Source: a bacterium | Lineage (GTDB): Bacteria > Vulcanimicrobiota > JABDET01 | Length of the DNA: 64,000 nucleotides | NCBI GenBank assembly: GCA_021817145.1 | Contig: JAKAVV010000007.1 | Span: 66,957 to 130,956, forward strand | Reading direction: 5' to 3' | Part shown: piece by piece, positions 19,624 to 29,133 of the stretch | Position numbering within the stretch: the stretch's first letter is position 1 | Layout: each line of letters opens with the position of its first letter | Notes under the pieces: model-generated | What the model saw: the letters and a program-made list of their open reading frames with translations, nothing else | The model's database searches: none | What the model was told of the DNA's origin: nothing | Program-made: the position numbers and the translations under genes

Positions 19624-22600
19624 TCATGTTCCTGATAAGGTTATCCCCTTCTTCAAGAATTGACTGAGCCAGCTCTTTTTTTGTTTTCTGCAGAGCCAGC
19701 ACTTTTTCTTCCACTGTTCCTTTTGCGATTAAACGGTAAGCAAAAACAGGTTTGGTCTGCCCAATTCGATGGGTTCGATCAACTGCCTGGGATTCTACTG
19801 CCGGGTTCCACCAGGGATCCAGGAGAAAAACGTACTCTGCTGAGGTAAGGTTTAAACCAAACCCTCCAGCCTTTAAACTGATTAAAAAGATTTTGCATTC
19901 TGGATCCTGCTCAAAATGATTGACTACTCCCTCTCTATCCGTGGTTTTCCCATCTAGATATTCATAAGGGATTTTTTCTTTTTCCAGATGATTTCGCACA
20001 AGGGCAAGAAATTTCGTGAATTGGGAAAAAACAAGGGCTTTGTGCCCTTCTTCAATAACCTCGAACAGTTGGGGGAAAAGGGCATCCAGCTTTGCGCTGC
20101 CTTGAAATGCAAGAGATTCGTCCAGTAAACCTGGATGACAGGCAGCCTGGCGAAGTCGCAGCAGGGCTTCTAAAATCTGGATTTTGGTTTTTGCTATTCC
20201 TTCTGTGTCAATCTGTTTAAGCAAGGAGCGCCGATAATATTCGCGCAGCTGAGCATACATTTCTTTCTGTTTCCCTTCCATTTCACAATAAATGAGCTGT
20301 TCTGTTTTAGCAGGGAGTTCAGGAGCCACATCTTCTTTTCTGCGGCGCAGTAGAAAAGGGCGAAGGGAACGGGATAGAAAGGGTTTGTTTTCTTCAGAAA
20401 CACTCCTCGTTTCGCCTCCTGACAATTTTTGGAATAAGGAGCTGTTCCCTAGAATGCTTGGATTTAAAAACTCGAACTGACTCCAGAGTTCACCTAGATG
20501 ATTTTCAACAGGAGTCCCTGTGAGGGCGACTCGATATTGTCCTGATAAAAGTCGAGCCGCTTTGGCTGAATCGCTGTTCGGGTTTTTAATTGCCTGTGAT
20601 TCATCCAGGATAAGATAATCAAATGGATAGTCTTTAAGAAAAAAAATATCTTTTCGAAGGGTTCCATAAGTTGTCAAAACAAGATCGTAATCTTTAAAAT
20701 GGTTTGTATTTTTTTCTCTGGAGGTTCCTGTGTGATCCAGAATCCGCAGATCAGGAGTAAATCTGCGGGCTTCTTGTTTCCAGTTAAAAATCAAGGATTT
20801 TGGAACTACAGCAAGAGAAGGGGGGATTCGTTTTTCTTTATTAGAATTTTTTCTGGCGGCAAGCAGAGCTAAAATCTGGATTGTTTTTCCAAGCCCCATA
20901 TCATCCGCTAAAATTCCCCCGAATCCAAACTCCTGTAGAAAGAAGAGCCATCCTAATCCGATTTTTTGATATTCTCGCAGTGTTCCTTGAAATGTTAAAG
21001 GGGGCTCTGCTCCTTTTATTCCTGTAAAATTTTGCAGTTTTTCACGGATTTTTGAAAATCGTTCATCGCTTTTTATTTCAGGTTGAAGAGAAAGGAGAGC
21101 ATCTAGAAAACCCGCCTGATTTTTTGAAAAAGTGACTGTTCCGTCTTTAATTTCGGCAAGGGATGAAAGCAGCCCGTACTGCTGCAGCCATTCTTCAGGA
21201 AGGATCCCAACTGTTCCATCATCTAAAACAACTGTATTTTCTTTTTTTCTTACCGCTTCCAGAATTTTAGGGAAAGGGACAGAGGATCCTTCAAAGTCCA
21301 CCTGCCCATCCAGCTCAAACCAGTCTATTTCTGTGGAGATTTTTAAAGTGGAAGAACGGAGGGGACGAAAGAGTTTCCCTTCTGCTTCCACATGCCACTC
21401 TTTTTCCACCAGAACTTTAACCGTTTTATTTAATTTTGAAATAGGGAGTTCCCATCCCTGTCCACCGTTTTTTCCTGTTAATCGAAATCCATGCTCCAGT
21501 AAAAGTTTCTGCGCCTGGTTTTCTTCAATAAAGTTTCTTTCATGAATTTCTCTTTCCCCTGCATGAAAAAGAACGTGTCTTGGATCCTGTGGATAGATCT
21601 CAAGACCATTGTATGAGAAAGATAACTTTGCAAAAACAGTGGGTCTGTATTTTAGATTTAGATCAGGGGATTTTAAGTGAAGGTTTGGTTTTGGGGGTGA
21701 AGAAACTTTTGTGATTTTAAATTCTTCAGGGAGCTCTAATAAAGGGAGTTGGGGTAAGGAGAGGAGTTCGGCTAGAAAATTTTCTTTTTCGTTTTCATGA
21801 ATTTGGATCTCATTTTTTTTACACAACATCACAATCCATGGGAAAACTCCTGAGTCTTCTAATAAGGCGGCGCGGTCGGGAAAGAAAACAGCCCCTCCTG
21901 CAGCCAGAAGTGAAGGCTGATCCAGTGGAATTTTTTCTCCCTTTCTGGAAAGCACTCCTTTGCCAATAAAATAAGGGGGATGTGATGAAAATTCTAGAGA
22001 AAATCCCCATGGTTTCCCTTCTTCCCACTGCAGGGGATGGGAATGAAGGGTATTAGTTTCTCGCAAAAAAGCTTTTCCACTTTGGCAAATTTGAGGAAGG
22101 ATTCTTTTTACTCGATCTGCTGGAATAATGTAATATCCCCCATAATAACCTCGATAAGAATAGTTTCGATAGGAGTAACTTTGATAAGAATAGGATGGAT
22201 TCTTTTTTGGAGATAGATTTTCTGGAATTGCTGCAAGATAACTTAACAAGGCTTGATCAGAATCTGGCAGTTCAGGGAAAGAGTCGTTTTTTATTCTTGC
22301 CATTTTTGTCTTCCCCCAGGTTCCGTCTTTCTTTTTCTCGCGGAAAGCTGCTTCAATAGTAAGAGTATGGTTGGAAAAAGTTTGAGTTACATCCACAATA
22401 TAGACAATTTCAGAGTTTATGAGTGGAGAGGAAGTGGAATGAAAAGAAGGGGAAGGAAGTTGATTTTTGATTCGGGCAATATCAATTTTCCAATCAGGAA
22501 GCTGGGGCTCTTTCACAGAGACAAGGTTGACTTCCTGGGGTTCTTCAAGTTCTCTGAAATAATGATTCCAGCTTGCCATTAATAGGACTGCTGAAATATG

Positions 22601-22873
22601 AGGGCAAACTTTAAATGTATCCTGAAAAGCTCGGCAGGTGCAGAATACTTGCAGGTTTTTTTGATCTGCTGTGACCATGACTTCAAAAGGGCTGCCGTCT
22701 AAAACATGAGCCGCAATAAATTCCCCTTCTTTTAAAACGAGAATTCTGACCGTATCGTAAAAATAGGCGAGTTTCCGACCAAGTTCGAAGTTTTCAAATG
22801 GAATTTGATGGGTGATGTTTTGGATTAAAAAAGGGCCTGGCACATTATGGAGTATTTTTTGGGGAAAATCCAA
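19592..22873 (-). CDS. SWIM zinc finger-SNF2 family helicase
   Basis: CTC...CPH SWIM motif, LADDMGLGKT, LDESQAIKN, LTGTPVEN, SLKAGGFGLNLT, DPWWNPAVE.QA.DR. Start codon uncertain. Confidence 0.93.
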   Translation of the reverse strand: MDFPQKILHNVPGPFLIQNITHQIPFENFELGRKLAYFYDTVRILVLKEGEFIAAHVLDGSPFEVMVTADQKNLQVFCTCRAFQDTFKVCPHISAVLLMASWNHYFRELEEPQEVNLVSVKEPQLPDWKIDIARIKNQLPSPSFHSTSSPLINSEIVYIVDVTQTFSNHTLTIEAAFREKKKDGTWGKTKMARIKNDSFPELPDSDQALLSYLAAIPENLSPKKNPSYSYQSYSYRNYSYRGYYGGYYIIPADRVKRILPQICQSGKAFLRETNTLHSHPLQWEEGKPWGFSLEFSSHPPYFIGKGVLSRKGEKIPLDQPSLLAAGGAVFFPDRAALLEDSGVFPWIVMLCKKNEIQIHENEKENFLAELLSLPQLPLLELPEEFKITKVSSPPKPNLHLKSPDLNLKYRPTVFAKLSFSYNGLEIYPQDPRHVLFHAGEREIHERNFIEENQAQKLLLEHGFRLTGKNGGQGWELPISKLNKTVKVLVEKEWHVEAEGKLFRPLRSSTLKISTEIDWFELDGQVDFEGSSVPFPKILEAVRKKENTVVLDDGTVGILPEEWLQQYGLLSSLAEIKDGTVTFSKNQAGFLDALLSLQPEIKSDERFSKIREKLQNFTGIKGAEPPLTFQGTLREYQKIGLGWLFFLQEFGFGGILADDMGLGKTIQILALLAARKNSNKEKRIPPSLAVVPKSLIFNWKQEARRFTPDLRILDHTGTSREKNTNHFKDYDLVLTTYGTLRKDIFFLKDYPFDYLILDESQAIKNPNSDSAKAARLLSGQYRVALTGTPVENHLGELWSQFEFLNPSILGNSSLFQKLSGGETRSVSEENKPFLSRSLRPFLLRRRKEDVAPELPAKTEQLIYCEMEGKQKEMYAQLREYYRRSLLKQIDTEGIAKTKIQILEALLRLRQAACHPGLLDESLAFQGSAKLDALFPQLFEVIEEGHKALVFSQFTKFLALVRNHLEKEKIPYEYLDGKTTDREGVVNHFEQDPECKIFLISLKAGGFGLNLTSAEYVFLLDPWWNPAVESQAVDRTHRIGQTKPVFAYRLIAKGTVEEKVLALQKTKKELAQSILEEGDNLIRNMTVHDLELLLS

Positions 22874-22940
22874 ATCCTGCTTTGGAGTGAGTAAAGAAAA
22901 ACCCTGCCTTGGTTTCTGCAGGGTTTAAAAGTACTAAAGT

Positions 22941-22960
22941 GCCATCCTGTCTTGGGTGGC
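22941..22960 (-). terminator. possible intrinsic terminator after the repeat-protein gene
   Basis: GCCACCC-N6-GGATGGC stem followed by T-rich sequence on the minus strand. Confidence 0.35.
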
Positions 22961-23012
22961 GCGTAATGCTGTTCTAACTAACTTTTTGATTCATGTTTTA
23001 TCTGTCCTCAAC

Positions 23013-23699
23013 TTATTTGCGGAAGACCCATGTTCCATAAGTTTTTTGTGTGCCCTGCATTCCATTATGGACCACATATTTTCCAGGGAATTCATGAGGG
23101 GCGACCCAAACATTGATGGTTTCCCCGTTAAGGAGGTAGAAAGGAGGTCTTGCGGTATGCGGCTCACGAGCGATGAAATCTCTTAAGACCCCTACTTTTC
23201 TAGCATCTGGGAGTTTTTCTACGGTAACATTTCTGACATTCCAAATTCTGATTCTGTGTCCCTGCCAGATGCCGGAAAAAAATCGAACAGGGGGGCGTTT
23301 CATGGCAAAGACCCATGTTCCATAAGTTTTTTGTGTGCCTTGCATTCCATTATGGACCACATATTTTCCAGGGAATTGGCGGGGGGCGACCCAAACATTG
23401 ATGGTTTCTCCATTAAGGAGGTAGAAAGGAGGTCTTGCAGTATGCGGCTCACGAGCGATGAAATCTCTTAAGACCCCTACTTTTCTAGCATCTGGGAGTT
23501 TTTCTACGGTAACATTTCTGACATTCCAAATTCTGATTCTGTGTCCCTGCCAGATGCCGGAAAAAAATCGAACAGGGGTTTTTGCAGAATAAGTATCAAA
23601 AGCGGCAAATGCCTTTTGAGGGGAACCTAGAAGCAGTAGTGAAAAAACAAATGATAATGCGAGAAACGATAAAAATCCACGAACAATAATTTTTTTCAT
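23013..23699 (-). CDS. secreted protein made of two near-identical ~95-aa units
   Basis: Sec signal MKKII...KAFA, GGAGG RBS, internal duplication with a 285-bp period. Confidence 0.8.
   Translation of the reverse strand: MKKIIVRGFLSFLALSFVFSLLLLGSPQKAFAAFDTYSAKTPVRFFSGIWQGHRIRIWNVRNVTVEKLPDARKVGVLRDFIAREPHTARPPFYLLNGETINVWVAPRQFPGKYVVHNGMQGTQKTYGTWVFAMKRPPVRFFSGIWQGHRIRIWNVRNVTVEKLPDARKVGVLRDFIAREPHTARPPFYLLNGETINVWVAPHEFPGKYVVHNGMQGTQKTYGTWVFRK
23023..23578. repeat. intragenic tandem duplication (23023-23293 and 23308-23578)
   Basis: Two ~271-bp copies differing at only about ten positions. Confidence 0.92.
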
Positions 23700-23807
23700 T
23701 GACTCCTCCTTGCCTTTTTTTGTTTGTTATTTAACGCGCGCAGCGGTTTTCCTTCTCATGACTTCGTTGGTCTGTGCCTCTATTTGCAGCGATTTTAAAA
23801 AAGTATA

Positions 23808-23836
23808 TTGACAAATTATGAAGAATGTGATAACAT
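23808..23836 (+). promoter_or_regulatory. sigma70-type promoter of dps
   Basis: TTGACA (23808-23813), 17-bp spacer, TGnTAACAT (23831-23836), with AAGGAGG RBS downstream. Confidence 0.55.
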
Positions 23837-23874
23837 AAAGAGTTAAATCAATTTAAAAAATAAGGAGGAAAAAA

Positions 23875-24372
23875 ATGCAAACAAATGCTGCTCATTATGA
23901 TAAACAGATTGGACTTTCAGAGGAAGAGAGAAAGGGCTCTGCTTCTATTTTGAATGCTCTGCTCTCAGATGAGTATCTGCTTTACACTAAAACCCGGAAT
24001 TACCACTGGAATGTTGTTGGACCCCAATTTAATGATCTTCATAAGTTTTTTGAAGCTCAGTACGAGGCGCTGAATGATATAGTGGATGATGTGGCTGAAA
24101 GAGCAAGAGCTTTAAATGAACCGGCTTTAGGCACAATGACTGAATTTTTAAAACAGGCTCGTTTAAAAGAGGAGCCCGGAAAATATCCGGATGCCAGAAC
24201 TATGATTTCGGATTTGCTCTCAGACCATGAAGCCATTATTCGAACTTTACGCTCTGATTTAGAAACCTGTTTAAATCGTTTCCATGATATGGGAACCAAC
24301 GATTTTCTAACCGGGCTTATGGAAAAACATGAGAAAATGGGATGGATGTTGAGGGCTTTTCTGCGGAATTAG
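23875..24372 (+). CDS. dps: DNA starvation/stationary phase protection protein Dps
   Basis: KTRNYHWNVVGPQF.DLH..FE.QY....DDVAERAR and HEKMGWMLRA. Confidence 0.95.
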   Translation: MQTNAAHYDKQIGLSEEERKGSASILNALLSDEYLLYTKTRNYHWNVVGPQFNDLHKFFEAQYEALNDIVDDVAERARALNEPALGTMTEFLKQARLKEEPGKYPDARTMISDLLSDHEAIIRTLRSDLETCLNRFHDMGTNDFLTGLMEKHEKMGWMLRAFLRN

Positions 24373-25013
24373 CCTCTCAATTTTTGGATAGCGGTTTTGG
24401 GATCATCATGGCTTGAGAAAACAGCGCTTCCAGCAACCAGGACTGTGGCTCCAGCTTCTTTAACTAAAGGGGCTGTTTCAGGATGGATCCCTCCATCTAC
24501 CTCTAATTCAATGAGGTGATCCGCTTTTTTTATTAATTCTTTTGCTTTTTGAATTTTTGGAAGAGAGGATTTAATAAAAGACTGGGCGCCAAACCCTGGA
24601 TCAACAGTCATAATTAAAAGCAGATCCAGAACTTCTAAAACATTTTCGGCAAAAGCCAGAGGGGTTGCGGGATTTAACGCAAGCCCCGCTTTTTTCCCAA
24701 GAGAACGAATAGAAGATAACGTGCGGTAAAGGGTTGGACAGGTTTCTGCGTGGACGGTTAAAATATCTGCTCCTGAATCAGCATAAGTTTTTAAATACGG
24801 ATCAGGATTTGCGATCATAAGGTGAACATCAAAAGGGAGACCTGTTTTTCCCCTTACAGATTGAATAATCATGGGACCAATGGTAAGATTAGGAACGAAA
24901 TGCCCATCCATGACATCAAAATGAATATAGTCGGCATGGTCTTTAATGCGTTCGATCTCAGAGGAGAGGTTGGAAAAATCAGCGCTGAGAAGAGAGGGTG
25001 AGATTTTAATCAT
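24369..25013 (-). CDS. rpe: ribulose-phosphate 3-epimerase
   Basis: SPSLLSADF, HFDVMDGHFVPN, DVHLM, MTVDPGFGAQ, EVDGG, VAGSA. Confidence 0.96.
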   Translation of the reverse strand: MIKISPSLLSADFSNLSSEIERIKDHADYIHFDVMDGHFVPNLTIGPMIIQSVRGKTGLPFDVHLMIANPDPYLKTYADSGADILTVHAETCPTLYRTLSSIRSLGKKAGLALNPATPLAFAENVLEVLDLLLIMTVDPGFGAQSFIKSSLPKIQKAKELIKKADHLIELEVDGGIHPETAPLVKEAGATVLVAGSAVFSSHDDPKTAIQKLRG

Positions 25014-25807
25014 GATTCAATAATATTTTCTAGCCCAACCACAAGCCCTTTCAGCTCTCTTACCTTTCGGACAGCGATCAAAACTCCAGGCATAAATGAT
25101 TCTCGTGATAAACTGTCATGACGAAGCGTTAAAACTTCTCCTTCCCCCCCAAAGATGACTTCTTCATGGGCGACAAAACCAGGGAGTCGGACAGAATGAA
25201 TTCGAATCCCATTCACTTCTCCACCCCTGACTCCTGAAATTTTCTCTTCGCTGGGATGGTTTTCGAATTCTGCTCTTGCTTCTTTCATAAGGGAAGCGGT
25301 TCGAAGAGCTGTCCCAGAGGGGGCATCCAGTTTTTTATCATGATGCAGTTCAATAATTTCGCTTGAGCGGTAATATTTTGCCGCTTCTTTAGCGAATTTC
25401 ATCAATAGGACTGCCCCTATGGCAAAATTTGGGGCAATTAAAGCGGGTGTTTCGAACTTTTCACACCATTCCTGTATTTTTTTATAATCTTCCTCTCTGA
25501 ATCCTGTTGTTCCAATCACACAGGGGATTTTATGTTTTAATCCGATTTCTAGATGGGTTAAAGCAGCTTCATATCGAGTGAAATCCACGATGACATCTGT
25601 TTTTTTGGATAGGATTGCACTTTCAAGAAAAGGGGTGATGGAGATTCCTAGTGAGCCGATTCCAGCAAGAGATCCGGCATCTTGTCCTGAATGGCTGGCA
25701 TCAATAGCAGCTGACACCGCCATATCCTTTTCATGAGAAACCGCTTTTACCACTTCTCTTCCCATTTTGCCGGATGCTCCAGCAACAGCCACTAAGATTT
25801 TTTCCAT
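25010..25807 (-). CDS. dapB: 4-hydroxy-tetrahydrodipicolinate reductase
   Basis: GASGKMG, VIGTTG, APNFAIG, EIIELHHDKKLDAPSGTA. Confidence 0.96.
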   Translation of the reverse strand: MEKILVAVAGASGKMGREVVKAVSHEKDMAVSAAIDASHSGQDAGSLAGIGSLGISITPFLESAILSKKTDVIVDFTRYEAALTHLEIGLKHKIPCVIGTTGFREEDYKKIQEWCEKFETPALIAPNFAIGAVLLMKFAKEAAKYYRSSEIIELHHDKKLDAPSGTALRTASLMKEARAEFENHPSEEKISGVRGGEVNGIRIHSVRLPGFVAHEEVIFGGEGEVLTLRHDSLSRESFMPGVLIAVRKVRELKGLVVGLENIIES

Positions 25808-25844
25808 ATTAGTATTCCCCTTGATTTATTTCTTGGATTACCAT

Positions 25845-27098
25845 TTAGCCCACTTTAATCTCTTGTTTTATCGGTCCTAAAACAGCCCATGTCAGGGCAT
25901 CCAGTTGAAAGATTTCTTGAGCAATATTTTTAATATCCTGAAGCCCTGCTTCTTGGATTTTCTTTAAAATTTCTTTGTGAGGAATGAATCGTTTGTGATA
26001 AACTTCATCTTTTGCCATTCGGATCATTCGGTTGGAGGAGCTTTCAAGAAACAAGGCAGTTCCTCCTTTGAGATGTTCTTTTGCTGTATGGAGTTCTTTT
26101 GCAGTAACCCCCTTATCTTTCACAGCAGCAAGATTTTCAAGAACCAGTTGTGTGACTGTTTCCAGATTAGAAGGGCTTGCCGCCCCATAAACTCCAAAAA
26201 TGGCGCTGTCTGCATAAGCTCCTTGAAATGTAGAAATCGAATAAACCAGCCCCCGCTTTTCTCTGATTTCCTGGAACAAGCGAGAACTGACACTCCCCCC
26301 TACAATGGTGTCTAAAAGAGAAAAAACATATCGCTTTTCATCGGTTTGGGGAACCCCTTTCATCCCAATACAGAAATGAACTTGTTCTGTGTCTTTGTAT
26401 TTTGTGATTTGTGATGGAGTAAATTGAGGAGGGGGAAGGTTAATCCTGGAATGATTGGATCTTCTTGAAAATTGAAAATATGTTTGGGTCAGTTTAACGA
26501 TTTCTTCATGCTTTACTTTTCCCGCGACAGAAATGATAATGTGTTCAGGTGTGTAAAATCGTTCTACAAATTGACGAAGTGTTTGACGATTAGTCTGAAG
26601 GATTGACTCTTTTGTTCCAAGAATGGGAAGCCCGAGAGGGTGGTTCTTCCAGGCTGTTTGAGCCATTAAATCAAAAACTAGTTCATCAGGGGAATCTTCG
26701 TACATTTTAATCTCTTCGAGAATGACCCCTTTTTCTCGCTCTACTTCAGGTTCGGGAAAATGCGAATTTAAGATCATGTCTCCCATGATCTCCATAGCGG
26801 TTGGAATATGTTTGTCCATGACTTTTGCATAAAAACAGGTTTGCTCTTTTTCCGTGAAAGCATTCAAGTTTCCCCCAATTCCATCCATTATTTCCGCGAT
26901 TTCTTTTGCGGAATGAGAGGGGGTTCCTTTAAACATTAGATGCTCGAGGAAATGAGAGACTCCTCGATTAGAATCCTCTTCATCCTGGCTGCCGACATTG
27001 ACCCAGATTCCAATAGAAGCGGATGGATATTGAGGAATTCGTTCTGTTACAATCCGAAGACCATTGGGCAAAACAGTTTTTTGAAAAGTTTCTTTCAT
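25845..27098 (-). CDS. M16 family (pitrilysin-like) zinc peptidase
   Basis: HFLEHLMFKGT inverted zinc motif, NAFT, SSRLFQEIREKRGLVYS. Confidence 0.93.
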   Translation of the reverse strand: MKETFQKTVLPNGLRIVTERIPQYPSASIGIWVNVGSQDEEDSNRGVSHFLEHLMFKGTPSHSAKEIAEIMDGIGGNLNAFTEKEQTCFYAKVMDKHIPTAMEIMGDMILNSHFPEPEVEREKGVILEEIKMYEDSPDELVFDLMAQTAWKNHPLGLPILGTKESILQTNRQTLRQFVERFYTPEHIIISVAGKVKHEEIVKLTQTYFQFSRRSNHSRINLPPPQFTPSQITKYKDTEQVHFCIGMKGVPQTDEKRYVFSLLDTIVGGSVSSRLFQEIREKRGLVYSISTFQGAYADSAIFGVYGAASPSNLETVTQLVLENLAAVKDKGVTAKELHTAKEHLKGGTALFLESSSNRMIRMAKDEVYHKRFIPHKEILKKIQEAGLQDIKNIAQEIFQLDALTWAVLGPIKQEIKVG

Positions 27099-27166
27099 GG
27101 GTGAAGTTTTAATTCTCTTTAGAAGGTCAGGTTCCTTTAGGGTTTGCCGTCAGTTAGAACTTGATC

Positions 27167-28600
27167 TCAATTTCTGACAAAGATCATCAGTCCATCTCTC
27201 GATATTTTTAGAATAAACTTTTTTTGATATGCGATTTTAGGGGTTACTTTAAAGTCTTGATACCACTGTTTAAAATTTGGATCCATGACAAGATACTGAG
27301 CGTTTTTTTGATAAAAAGGTTTAACAAAACATCCATGGGGAATAAGCCCTGTAAAATTTGGTTGAGCTGAGACAATGGAACCAGGAGGGATTTTGGAGAT
27401 AAGTTTTCTTATGGTTCGATCCTTTTGGGTGATCCAGGGGATTTTGAACGGGATTCTTAAAGGGGTTGAACTGAAAAGAAGAGTGCATAAAATTGTGAAA
27501 GTCAACTGAGTTTTTAAAATTTTATTCAGTGTTTTTTCAGGGGTTTTGGAACGAGTCATCATTTTTTTGGTTCCGTACATGGCAGAGATAAAGATAAAAG
27601 GAATTAAAACAGCGGGATAACGGTTCCCTGTCATACTCATCATCGAAGTTTTGCTGAGGAGATTTGCTGAAAGGGATGGAATGGTCATAAAAAGAGGGCC
27701 TGGAGCCATGAGAGACAAGAAAGCCAATGGAGCCAGAAGTTCAAGACAATAAAAAATTTTAGGACGAGTAAAAGCGGTTTGAATCGCGATGATGGGATGT
27801 GAAAGAATCCCTATGAGAAGAGATTGGAGAGTATTGGCGCCAAACATCGAGTATCGATCTTGGGATGAAAGATATTGATAAGGGGCATTTCTAAAAAAGG
27901 GGATTAAAACATCCACACACAGGAAAGACCATCCCATTCCTAAAATAAACAAAGAAAATCCTTGCAGAAGCAGTGATTTTTTAGATTCTTTATACCCCAA
28001 AAATGCCAAATAAAGTCCAAAGAATCCTACGGTTAAACCGATCTCTTCTTTGCACATCATCCCTAAAATCAACATGCTCCACATAAGGATATATTTTTCT
28101 TCTAAAAAGAAGTAATAGGCAAACAAAAGAAGAGGAATCACGTAAGCCAGCTCATTGATCAAGTCCCAGGTAACCCCTTGCAGAACGTGGTTAAGGGAAA
28201 ATAGAAGCGCGAAAAATAAAGCTGGCTTTTCATCTTTGAAAATTTTTCGAGCGATTAAAAAAAGAGGGATAATGCTGACGGCTCCTGCTGCAGCCTGACA
28301 GATAATAAGGGTGACAGGGGATGGGAATAAAGCATAAATTGGAGCGAGGAACCCAAAAATAGGAGAAAAGTGAACTCCTAAATGATTATAACCTTCAATA
28401 CTGTCATAAAACCCTTTTCCATGAATAAAATACCACATTGCTTGATCAAAAACCGCCACATCATTTGACATTTGAGTGAAAGAGAAAAATCTTAAAAGGT
28501 CAAGCGCGCAGAAAACCAAAAAATAGCTGAGAACAATAAGAGTCAGTTTCCAGGAATTGGATTTATTAGTCTTGAATTTATTTATCATTAGTTTGCACAA
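27167..28600 (-). CDS. DUF2079-like multi-pass membrane protein (GT-C-like)
   Basis: D.AVFDQ.MW, LGVHFSPI, KEE and about ten TM segments. Confidence 0.75.
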   Translation of the reverse strand: MCKLMINKFKTNKSNSWKLTLIVLSYFLVFCALDLLRFFSFTQMSNDVAVFDQAMWYFIHGKGFYDSIEGYNHLGVHFSPIFGFLAPIYALFPSPVTLIICQAAAGAVSIIPLFLIARKIFKDEKPALFFALLFSLNHVLQGVTWDLINELAYVIPLLLFAYYFFLEEKYILMWSMLILGMMCKEEIGLTVGFFGLYLAFLGYKESKKSLLLQGFSLFILGMGWSFLCVDVLIPFFRNAPYQYLSSQDRYSMFGANTLQSLLIGILSHPIIAIQTAFTRPKIFYCLELLAPLAFLSLMAPGPLFMTIPSLSANLLSKTSMMSMTGNRYPAVLIPFIFISAMYGTKKMMTRSKTPEKTLNKILKTQLTFTILCTLLFSSTPLRIPFKIPWITQKDRTIRKLISKIPPGSIVSAQPNFTGLIPHGCFVKPFYQKNAQYLVMDPNFKQWYQDFKVTPKIAYQKKFILKISRDGLMIFVRN

Positions 28601-28639
28601 ACTGTTTTTACTTTTTCATGGTTTTACCTTTTTAAAAAT

Positions 28640-29110
28640 GTGAGATGCATCAGGGTGAGTTTGAAGTTTTTAATCCGTAAAGCCAAATTGTCAGATGCCG
28701 ATTTTCTTGCCGATCTGTCAGGAGAATTAGGGTATCCTGCCTCTAAAAAAGAGATGACTGTCAGGTTGAAGTCAATTTTACCTGATTCTTCACATGCTGT
28801 ATTTGCCGCAGAAACCGCGCGAAAACGGATTGTGGGTTGGATTCATGTCTGTGTTAGAAAGTGTGTGGAATCAAACTCCTTCCCTGAAATTGTAGGTCTG
28901 GTTGTATCTCGCGAATTCAGAGGAAAAGGGATAGGGAAGGCTCTCCTGCAGAAAGCGGAAGAATGGGCATTAAGCGGAAATTTTCAGACAATTTGTTTGA
29001 GGTCAAGAACGACCCGCAGAGAGGCGCATCAGTTTTATGAACATTCAGGTTATAAAATTGTCAAAACTCAAAAGGTCTTTAAAAGGGTTTTAAACACCTT
29101 CATCGAATAA
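28640..29110 (+). CDS. GNAT family N-acetyltransferase
   Basis: LVV..EFRGKGIGKALL..AE.WA and AHQFYE..GY. Confidence 0.9.
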   Translation: MRCIRVSLKFLIRKAKLSDADFLADLSGELGYPASKKEMTVRLKSILPDSSHAVFAAETARKRIVGWIHVCVRKCVESNSFPEIVGLVVSREFRGKGIGKALLQKAEEWALSGNFQTICLRSRTTRREAHQFYEHSGYKIVKTQKVFKRVLNTFIE

Positions 29111-29133
29111 AGTAAGCTTGGCGCAAAGTCGTT

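Noticed and set aside
22140..22196. SYSYQSYSYRNYSYRGYY short 15-bp-period repeat in the SNF2 gene
   Set aside because: A short in-frame low-complexity loop with no evidence of a separate function.
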